A stretch of 64,000 nucleotides of DNA from Myxococcales bacterium (lineage in GTDB: Bacteria; Myxococcota_A; UBA9042; JABWCM01), in NCBI GenBank assembly GCA_013360285.1, contig JABWCM010000002.1, positions 29,469-93,468 on the forward strand. The letters are read 5' to 3'. Below are positions 52,201 through 58,600 of the stretch, in pieces; the first letter of the stretch is position 1, and each line of letters begins with the position of its first letter. Position numbers and translations under genes: made by a program. Under the pieces are notes generated by a model. It saw only the letters and a list, made by a program, of their open reading frames with translations, did not search any database and was not told the DNA's origin.

Positions 52201-54956
52201 CAGACACCCAAGATACAGGTGTCCTGGACGGTACATCCGCTCTGGTCGGCGTCGCAAGGGGTGCCGTCGGGACCGGCGCTCCAAGCGGTTTTTGTCAGGG
52301 CGGGTTTGCACCGCTGGCAAGGGTCCTCTGGGTTGTCGGATTGCCCCGTGACACACACCCCATCGATCAAACAAAACCCGGACGTTACCGTATGGCTGCA
52401 CGTTGCTTCTTCGGAATCCGCAGAAGAACAAATGTCGATGGTACAATCGGCCCCATCGTCACAATCCAGGGTGGGTCCTGGGCTGCACACCCCTGACTGG
52501 CAGGTATCCCCCACGGTACATCCACTGTTGTCTGCGTCGCACGCTACTCCATCACTCCGGGGGGACCACGCGGTTTTCGATTGGGCGGGAGCACATTTTT
52601 CACAGGGGTTTTCCGGATTGATCTCCCCGGAATCATAACACGTTCCGGCAATGGCACACGTTCCGCTGGTGGGTTTCTGGTCGCACCCAAATGTCGTGGC
52701 ACTGCTCGACACACAGCTTCCCGTGGTGCAACTCAATCCGTCATCGCAGGTTTCGGTAGTTCCTGGAAGGCAGACGCCCGACGAACATTGGTCGGAAGTG
52801 GTGCACCCATTGTTGTCGGCGTTACACGGGGTTCCGTTGGTCTGCGACGACCAGGTGGTTTTGTTCTGGCCGGGTTTGCATACTTGGCAGGGATTTTGTG
52901 GGTTGGGTTCATTGGACCCATAACAGATGCCGTCGATCAAACAAGACCCGGATCCAACGGTGTGGATACACTGGGATGTTCCCCCATCGCACACATCGGT
53001 GGTGCAGCTTTTGGAGTCGTTGCAGTTGGTTTGCGCCGTCGCCGTACAACTGCCCGCAACGCAGGTGTCCACCGTGCAGAACCCCTGGGTCAGTTCACAC
53101 GCGGTTCCGTTTGGTTTTGGGCTCCATTGGGTTTGAGAAAGAAGAGGGGCGCATTCTTGGCACGGATTCGATGGGTTGGCAACGCCGTCGGTGCGACAAG
53201 TTGTCCCGATCAAACAGCGGTCTGGTAAGATTATGTTGTTACAAACGAAGGTAGTGGCCCCTGTCGAAGTACAACTGTCGGCAGTACAGGCTTTGTTGTC
53301 GTTGCAATTGGGAGCCGCCCCTGGCGTACAGACACCGGTTTGGCATTGATCCCCCACGGTACATCCATTGGTGTCGGCGTCACAGGCGGTCCCGTTGGTT
53401 TTGGCGGTCCAGGCGGAAATCGAAGTCGCTGCGTTGCACTGAAGACAGGGGTTGTCCGGATTGCCGGCTCCCCCAGCCCAGCATACCCCGTCAATCAAAC
53501 ACTGGGTGGGGTTCGCAGCGTGGGTGCACTGGTAGGTATTTGCGGTTGTTGAAACACAGGCGTCGGTGGTACACGACAGCCCATCGGCACAATTGGGGGC
53601 CGCACCGGCGATACACTGGCCGCCTTGGCACGTATCGTTGTGGGTACATCCCGAGCCGTCGGCGTCACACGAAGTGGTGTCTTCTTTGGCGGTCCAGGCG
53701 GTTTTCGCAACCGACGATTTACAAACCTGGCAGTCGTTGCTGGGGTTGGGATCGTTGGCGGCCCAACACACGCCGTCGATGAAACACGTTTTGTTTAGTA
53801 CGGGGTGATCACATGTGAATGATGAGGGGGACTCGGAGACACACAGGTCGGAAGTACACGTCAATCCGTCGTTACAATCCGCGGCAGGTCCGACAATGCA
53901 CACGCCGGCCGCACACGAATCCCCTGTGGTGCAGCCGTTGCCGTCGGCGTCGCATGCGGTGCCGGTCGCAACAGTGCTCCAGGCGGTCTGTGTTGTGGTG
54001 GGTTTACACAAAAGGCAGAGGTTTTCCGGATTGGTTGTGTTGGAATCGTAACAAATCCCGTCGATGAGGCATTTGCCGGAAAGAATGGGGTTTTGGCACA
54101 CGTAGGTGTTGGTCCCGGTCGAAACACAACTGTTTTGGGTACAGGGAACCGAGTCGGCGCACCCGACCGGTTTTCCCGCGACGCACACCCCAGCCGAGCA
54201 GGCATCGTCGGCGGTACAGCCGGAACTGTCCGCATCGCAGGGGGTGCCGTCCATCTTTCCCGAACATTGGGTTTCGCAGGCGTCCGGGCACTGGTTCTGG
54301 TTGGTATCGATCGTCAAATTCAGGGGGCTTTGCAGCCCGTAGTTGATCACAATGAGAATGTCGTTGACGTTACGTTGTGCGTCACAATCGACGTCCAACA
54401 ACGTTTTGGAAACCAACGCACACAATGGTGGTGGGGAGTTCGGATCCGAAAGGTCGGCTAAAACCGCCAAAATCATACATTGAACATCGGCAACGTTGGT
54501 CACTCCGGTTGCATTGACGTCGCCTGGCGGATCGAGGCATTCCGCGGCCCAACCCCATGACGGAAACCCACAAACGGCGGCAATACAAAGGAGTTTGCGA
54601 AAGAAAGCAGCGTACCATTGCAGCAGACGATGACCGTACGCTTTGAGTTTGTGAAAAAATAGCTGCGCGGCCTCTGGGCGGTGGCTTTGGGGCGGCTTGG
54701 CTCCGAAAAATCCTGGGCCATATTCCCGATATGACTCGGGTTTTCCCAAACCAATCCGCCGCCAAATCCACGCCCACAGCCCGCGCCCATATTTTTTCCC
54801 AAACTCGTTGGCAGAAGCATTCGCTGCACCATCGTCCTGATGTGGTCCGGGTTTTCCGAGTCCGGCGCAGCGCAAAAACACCGTCCGCAGTCCGTGCCTG
54901 TCTTTCTTCGTAAGATCAGAGATCATCCGAGTCGTCGAAAACAAATTTTGGGCCAT
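43221..54956 (-). CDS. giant secreted/surface protein: dockerin-like N-terminus, ~18 copies of a ~97-aa 12-Cys module, four Pmp-type parallel beta-helix domains
   Basis: Uninterrupted 3,911-codon ORF. A signal-like segment FFRKLLCIAAVCGFPSWGWA-AE lies at aa ~118-138. The recurring module is C(L/F)IDGxC...NPxNxCxxCxP...(A/T)WS/T...CDADxNGCT...C..GVC..G....CxDGLxCTxDxC. The four beta-helix units each open with (A/V)(I/V/L)FVD...DG(S/A/T)SW..A(F/Y).TI..A and contain GGAI(Y)/FxxN repeats. The start codon is uncertain because a MITE lies within codons 51-104. Confidence 0.8.
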   Translation of the reverse strand: MAQNLFSTTRMISDLTKKDRHGLRTVFLRCAGLGKPGPHQDDGAANASANEFGKKYGRGLWAWIWRRIGLGKPESYREYGPGFFGAKPPQSHRPEAAQLFFHKLKAYGHRLLQWYAAFFRKLLCIAAVCGFPSWGWAAECLDPPGDVNATGVTNVADVQCMILAVLADLSDPNSPPPLCALVSKTLLDVDCDAQRNVNDILIVINYGLQSPLNLTIDTNQNQCPDACETQCSGKMDGTPCDADSSGCTADDACSAGVCVAGKPVGCADSVPCTQNSCVSTGTNTYVCQNPILSGKCLIDGICYDSNTTNPENLCLLCKPTTTQTAWSTVATGTACDADGNGCTTGDSCAAGVCIVGPAADCNDGLTCTSDLCVSESPSSFTCDHPVLNKTCFIDGVCWAANDPNPSNDCQVCKSSVAKTAWTAKEDTTSCDADGSGCTHNDTCQGGQCIAGAAPNCADGLSCTTDACVSTTANTYQCTHAANPTQCLIDGVCWAGGAGNPDNPCLQCNAATSISAWTAKTNGTACDADTNGCTVGDQCQTGVCTPGAAPNCNDNKACTADSCTSTGATTFVCNNIILPDRCLIGTTCRTDGVANPSNPCQECAPLLSQTQWSPKPNGTACELTQGFCTVDTCVAGSCTATAQTNCNDSKSCTTDVCDGGTSQCIHTVGSGSCLIDGICYGSNEPNPQNPCQVCKPGQNKTTWSSQTNGTPCNADNNGCTTSDQCSSGVCLPGTTETCDDGLSCTTGSCVSSSATTFGCDQKPTSGTCAIAGTCYDSGEINPENPCEKCAPAQSKTAWSPRSDGVACDADNSGCTVGDTCQSGVCSPGPTLDCDDGADCTIDICSSADSEEATCSHTVTSGFCLIDGVCVTGQSDNPEDPCQRCKPALTKTAWSAGPDGTPCDADQSGCTVQDTCILGVCTPGETNECEDGLTCTADFCSATGSETFVCGNSLTGGFCLIDGQCYEKGEQHPNNPCQSCRPALSTSAWSNKNDGVVCEKDNNLCTDDVCAAGVCTTETTETCDDEISCTNDVCDPATGECSHSVIKGSCWIDGNCWEAHAQNPANPCLKCKPAQSKTAWSALEDGTGCDADSNGCTQNDSCQQGVCIPGVAPNCGDGLGCTTDSCVSAGPTSFTCTHPIESTKCLIDGVCFSSGGDNPENACQQCKPSTSSTEWTAKNNGVACEIDNNGCTQGDSCQGGTCVAGTLVNCNDNKGCTTDGCVSLSATTYQCTNLIKSGKCLINGVCMDDGDPNPTNSCQECAPALSTTAYSPRPNGTACDIAGPACTIDTCQGGVCVLSGNVNCNDNLACTTDSCSATTNSCVNSVVNNFCLIEGVCWAGQAVNPQNPCQSCKPATSKTTWSNTTNGTPCNADNNGCTVGDVCSGGFCEAGPTANCSDGLACTTETCVSTGASTFTCSVAVLKGNCAIAGVCYTADEKNPAQVCEKCTPSKSQSSFSPRADGQVCNADNSACTGGDSCLVGVCVPGPAVDCSDGLPCTDDGCTSSGSAYSCTHTIKSQRCVIGGECFKEGEENPQNDCQHCKSATNTTSFTNKNTNAACEADLDPCTDMDYCTNGQCVASSPSTCDDGTECTQDSCIPFVGCQHTPVAIFVDGNNTNGAADGSSWEKAFPTIRSALAVAEAGSQLFVAQGTYYHDPQIGDAASGQMAVVPMKDDVDLYGGFAGNECSIAQRPYPLAPTILSADFDKDGVTDYAATAPFIGDNPVLVRGASQSTLDGFILGGAGGVDGATPYQGRAAIEVINESHFVVRNCKIVGNAMTVGKNLTASTAAIVAIELSSDVLIDRCEFTANTSSSSDPVLRANYSSNVEIRDSLFLENESLGFEMAAEFVDIDGLILRGTRFWGNQGLISGQRRVVSVASCTGVTADNLTFFGNSYLGTASGFALWVNNTPGVVIRGVSAAMEPGAWSLLRNEWGSSVTVANAAVFGSDALPVSYFNAAPPLFHHTCYGGAPLEGTANGVGNIHLTDTQNPFVVADLHLYLVHAGLDGQSTTSPCVDAGDPVSALESGVPYWALSTRTDGAADLAPVDIGAHNLPCDIADSASCAAVQPCSQDSDCNDGLACTSDSCVFLGASTLGCVHTIKPAFCLIGGQCIAENTTQTGSSCESCQPTLTNTAWSWVADGSFCGSSTNACAPKSCQSGVCVQKNPCEDGLSCTTNTCTTNGSGGYSCSQTVINGACYVNGVCYVTNDADPSNPCKECKPATSKVAFSNRNNGVACENDADPCTIGSVCSAGVCGAPTGTLDCGDQNGCTTDFCTPLVGCGHSPAALFVDDDSTAVNPDGSSWDQAYPTITDALAKTAVNKVIYVAEGLYTATLAFGNVVKVPPLVAKSGVTVVGGFVPGQCSPDERTFPLPPSVLTSDIDGDGIYTNGVDAPQAIQIWNVFNVVIDGFVMGPGAVETDAGYHPLMFVNLVHADQVTLRNLSMAGVYNTATGGNVGSAMRIEQGDSIVIERCSFDNNIVTSISGGGLGIDHSNNVTVRQCSFTNNDASHGAGLSVITTPDFLLEDSTFVGNEGSGSYFYDGGAVFLSASDGAVIRNCTFIDNQSSGGGGSIFAAGTDITISGCSFYGNAAPSTNIGQDIWGHGSMVAQVHNCVFYPESPTKSVFGMVNGASIIPQHCCAPALGGTPGSTYNVTFPATTNPFVQKGARLYLQHAGLDGATTSSVCVNAGSDSLANTAGIDWATLTTRTDNGLDSTPVDIGAHYVAPCQGIADGSACDDSDPCTLGETCISGVCTAALAQNCSDGLGCTVDVCVAENNTSFTCTHTLKSNRCFIGGQCVVDGTANGDNSCLVCDADQTQTAWSNQLDGTLCALDGNGCTADSCAGGLCTPGTNSACDDGLGCTTEGCSSLSPDQFQCTTTITNGFCALNGACYTQNELNPDNGCQHCKPAIIKSEWTERIDGAECEGDGGLCVAGETCLAGVCGGGEPVDCDDGDGCTLDSCAPSSGCLHRGVAVFVDGNAPGPIHDGASWATAFTTIQDAVDAADEGDEIWVAEGLYWSAVGDSALVELKPGVDLYGGFEGTECDRSERPEPPLLTRLVGDSDQDAISETTDALYLMVGASDTVVDGVYFGGTAGSNGLKSYLGRYGLAMDSVENVTVRNCTFDSHGYFVGVGGGAIVENSDDVLFVDCVFKNNDASNGAGAYVADSTLVEFRGVVFENNLAFNGGGALDLNRAPGTQIRDCVFVGNSAAEYSQGKAGALIVSSSIDINVLNTAFYNNTASVNGGAISGSALMSAFPTSILVSGCSFYENEAGVGGAIYAGALATIEIVNTAGFANKGLAGASGDEFVADSGSAQPGSISVSYTCSPVSYSGTGNILLDSTTENPFVVDNNNLFLKFGGGNSSPCINAGSSAAAKEADILWKQMTTRNDGVTDNPPIDMGAHYATCNGKQDGTACSDSDPCTLSDMCINEVCKGTPKVCDDGDGFTIDVCGANGVCVFTPDCDDGDPCTTDVGEAGVCYHNPVAIFVDHAAPGPVHDGTSWGTAFLTIADAMAIAAEGQQVFVADGVYKGKQAKSNVLSMKLGVDVYGGFGAGECSVESRKQPLVKTELNGDWDNSGGWSANDSEHVVVAAHDTILDGFTIAGGANFGDSSDLAGGAGLRIVGRQNFVGRNLKITNNYSAEGPVGGVMVKESNNIVIEDSSVSYNETSTVVQNPGGTGGMLVTENDGVKLRGVSFEYNEGWEGGALRALDTVFTDIVDCTFRGNIGNTQSGGVSLGYAAAYTTITNSSFYANEADTTGGAIGAIYAWIYVKISGCSFYQNQGTTGGAIYSAASNVSVVNSAFFDNEATTGVGHETAVSTAYGSAVSVTYSCLPVATQGTGNLVLNPTTGNPFTVSGSKLFLKHAGISGATTTSACVDAGNNSAADAAKIAWKQKTTRKDGILDTTPVDMGVHWEP
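54645..54806 (+). mobile_element. MITE-like element, family A, lying inside the annotated 5-prime end of the giant ORF
   Basis: 162 bp with termini GAGTTTGTGAAAAAATAGCTG...CATATTTTTTCCCAAACTC. It aligns along its whole length with 55244-55404. The flanks are TTT and GTT. Confidence 0.7.
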
Positions 54957-55243
54957 AAACCACCTGCCTACCGGAAACCAGGCGCCATTCCCGCCGAGGG
55001 GCCAACGGGCTCACCTGCATGACAGCGTCCATGGGAGTCGACACTAAGGGGAGCCAGGGGCGGTGTCAATGAACTTATGAGTGTTTATAGCATGTGCATC
55101 ATTTTGAGTGCGCTGGTCCGGTGCGACCTGGCCTAAAACGGCCCGCCGGAGCCGTAGGAGCAGCCTTTGCACGGCACGAAACATCCCGCCAATTGGGCGA
55201 CCGAGGTGCAAATCGGGGGCCAGGACGTGCAGCAGAAGGCGTT

Positions 55244-55404
55244 GAGGCTGTGAAAAAATAGCTGCGCAGGCTTTCGGCGGTGGCTTTTGGTCGCCTTGCT
55301 TCCGAAAAATCCTGCGCCATATTCCCGATAAGACTCGGGTTTCTCAAAACCCATTCGGCGTAAACTTCGCGGCCCAAGGGGCACCCATATTTTTTCACAA
55401 ACTC
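55244..55404 (+). mobile_element. MITE-like element, family A
   Basis: 161 bp with termini GAGGCTGTGAAAAAATAGCTG...CATATTTTTTCACAAACTC. It lies in the intergenic region between the two large surface-protein genes. Confidence 0.7.
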
Positions 55405-55660
55405 TCTCTCCAATTTCATCGGCACCGTTGCCGGTGTCGCCCGAAACCACTGTTCCGGGCCTTCCACATGTTGTTTCTCGACTCGCAAAATCCGATGCGG
55501 CGACCGACCAAGAACCGAAGCCGGCGAACGCTCGATATATGGCCGAGCCAACAACGGACAGCCAGAAGTGGCGAGGCGCCCTCCCCGAATTCCGGCTCGC
55601 CCGCCCCAGGATATTCACCGACCCCCATGGCCATCATGAACCTCTGGCTACGCCGGTTGT

Positions 55661-58600
55661 CTATCTGCATTTCTGCTTACGCATTTCGGTGGTGCCTTGG
55701 TCGCAAAACAACGCGGACGGGCAGTCTTTGTACCAACTGGCGGAAACACCGCATGTCGGCGCGGGGGTGTTCACCCACCCCGGAGTAAACCCGCAGAATC
55801 CGAAGAACCCTCCGCACGGCGATCCCTGTTCGGTCCATAGCTTTTGGAAGGCCCCATTACAATCATAGTCCCAACTCAGCCCACCGCCATACCACGCATA
55901 GGGAACGTCGTAAAACCCTGTCGCGTTCGGATACGCTTTCGGATCGGTGGGACCGCAGTCGAGGCACGTCATCCACCCGTCCCCGTCCGGATCGAGTTCT
56001 TCGTCCGACACCGCTCCGCTACAGTCGTTGTCGATTCCATCGCAAGCCTCAGAGGCGCCGGGGTGAATGCTCCCGTTCTCATCGTTGCAGTCATCCAAAC
56101 AGGCAAAGTACCCGTCCCCGTCCAAATCGTGTTCTCCAACGGCGCCGTAAACCCCGTTGCAGTCGTTGTCCAATGCGTCGCAGATTTCCGGGGCGTCGGG
56201 ATAAACCGTTATGTTACCGTCATTGCAGTCGCCCGCACAGGTGGCATAACCCTCCGCGTCCACGTCGAGTTCGTCGGTCGGGAGCACGCCGTCGCAGTTG
56301 TTGTCCACGGCGTCGCACAACTCGGGCAGTCCGGGTGCGACGTCGGCCCGGGTATCGTCGCAATCGCCCGCGCAGCCCAACAGGCCGTCCCCATCCTGAT
56401 CGGTTTCTCCTGCGACCACCTCCAGTTTGACCCACAGTTTCCACCAATGAACCGTGCCGTACACGCCGGAACCGCAGCAACTCGTGAAATCACTCGCTTC
56501 GAATGCCCACGAACCCCCGCTGTTCTTTCCTACGACGGCGGACAGCGGCGTTTCCGGTTTGAAACGCCCAATAAACGAACTTTTGAGCTGGCCGATCGGT
56601 GTCGTTGCGTCGTCGTCCCACGTCGTGTCGACAAATCCCGGGGCTCCGATGGCGTTGTTCGCCAGCAGAACGCCCGTACCGTCCGGCGCAAACAACCACA
56701 GGTCCATAGCGCCCGTACCCTGCGCGTGCGTGACATGCGCTCGCACCTCGATATCCAACACCTTGCCGGGCGGCAACGTTGCATACAGAGTGGCTTTGTG
56801 TTTCGCGGTCCCGGAAATCGGATCGTTGAAATTCCAAAAACTATTGGCCCATCCTCCACCCGGAACGTGGATATTGACCCACCGAACGGCAGTCACGGTG
56901 GCAGTCGTCGCCGGATCACAGTCGCTATCCTTGCCGTCGCAGACTTCCGGCGCCCCCGGGAAACGCGATGGTTGGTCGTCATCACAATCCACGCACGCCA
57001 AATATCCGTCCAGATCCATGTCGACCTCGCCGGTCGCCAAGCCATCGCAGTCGTTGTCCTTGCCGTCGCACAACTCCGGCGCACCTGGCCACACATCGGG
57101 ATCGGAGTCGTTGCAATCCACGCACGCGGGAGACCCGTCCATGTCCAAGTCCTCCAGACCAGAGGCATTTGTCTCGTGGAAACACATTCCACCAACGCAG
57201 TAGTCCGCGGTACACGGATCCGCATCGTCGCAATCGAGGGCAGCACCCGCGAGGCAGGAGCCGCCCATCGCCGGCGGGATCTCGATCTCGTCTATCGCTG
57301 CCCCATCGGCTTCTACGCGCACCTTCACCACCCGCGCCTCCACCGCGGCAAACCGCGCTTCAATGGTCTCGTTGAACGTGATCTGCCCCGAAAACGGCGT
57401 ATCGTTGGAGTCGAAAACCTGTACATATTCCCACAAATCGTTGTCATCGTTTCCTTGCGCGTAGTGGGCATCGGCGAGAGCCACCAGTATTCGGATTCGT
57501 CCCGGGTCACGATCATCGAAGTTGCCCAACCGATCACGCCCCAGTCGCACTCGGTCGATCTTGTGTTTCGTACCCAAATCGATCTTCATCCAGTTGTTGG
57601 GACCCACGCCGATCCAACTCGAGCCATTTCCATAGGCCCCATCGTTGAGGAACTTGGGCTGGTGAATATCGAAAGCGCCGCTCGCAATCGTTGCCTGGGT
57701 CACGGCCGGATAGGCGGCCCCAAACGGTGAAGTAGCCGCGAGGTTTTCCGGGTTGTCGTAGTTCTGGCGGGCGCAGTTTGGCGCAATGGGGGTCGCGCCC
57801 GATGCGCAGGACGCTTCCCCGACCATCAAAGATGCCGGCACGACGGTGACCTCGGGTGTTGGGCAACTGTCGCCCACGGTGCAGGCGTTCCCATCATCGC
57901 ATGGGCCGCCCGACGCCGCAAACACACAGCCCACCGCGGGGTCGCAACCGTCGAAGGTGCAGACATTCCCGTCGTCGCAAGGCACCACGGCCCCGCCCAC
58001 GCAAACCCCACCGCTGCATGTGTCCCCGGTGGTGCAAGGATTGCCGTCCTCGCACTGGGACTTGAATTCGCACTGACCGAGGGCATTGCAGAAGTCGGTC
58101 GTACACGGGTCCGAATCGTCGCAAGTAGACTTACCTTGGCAGCCCTTGACGGGATCACATGAGTCGATGGTGCAGGGCAGACCATCATCGCAAACGCCCT
58201 CCAGAGTCACGAACTGGCATTGGTGGTTGGCATCACACACCCCGGCGGTGCAATCGACCACCCCATACTCGCAGTCCAGGTCCGTGAAACACAACTTGGT
58301 GACGTCGGGGACCAAGGCAAACCGCAGGTTGTCGGCATAACCATCGTTATACAGACCCGCGAACCGAGTAGCCTCGAGGGTCACGGCGGCGGTTCGTGTG
58401 CCAACGGGAACGGGCCCGCACGCGCTCCGCAACAACAATCCGGTCAAGGACCATCGATCGGCGCTCGTTACCGGACCGATGCTCGATTGACCCAGCGTTT
58501 CGCCCGCGGTGTCCAAAAATACGGCGGACACACGCACCTGATCGCCCTGACCCTCATACCCGCCCAGGTACCCCGACAGCGCGAACGTCGATGTTCCTGC

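Noticed and set aside
43221-54270. Highly periodic repeats that might suggest a CRISPR array or a diversity-generating retroelement target.
   Set aside because: The repeats are ~290-nt in-frame coding modules with conserved cysteines, not short direct repeats with spacers. No reverse transcriptase, template repeat or cas gene is present in the window.
55099-55618. Two overlapping minus-strand ORFs (151 and 161 aa) between the two large genes. One shares a KPESYREYG.GFFG...AQLFFH peptide with the N-terminus of the giant ORF.
   Set aside because: The shared peptide is simply the translation of the family A MITE (55244-55404 and 54645-54806). Other copies of the element are not open in that frame, so this is DNA-repeat similarity and not a protein family.
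55844-57730. 628-aa ORF on the plus strand, antisense to the large secreted-protein gene. Similar long antisense ORFs occur at 37872-39338, 26878-27753, 27530-28348, 28693-29331, 12997-13734, 9007-9759 and 60826-61833.
   Set aside because: Their translations are low-complexity, rich in Arg, Pro, Gly and His, and carry no motifs. The opposite strand encodes proteins with clear domain signatures. Stop-poor antisense frames are expected in GC-rich, repeat-rich coding DNA.
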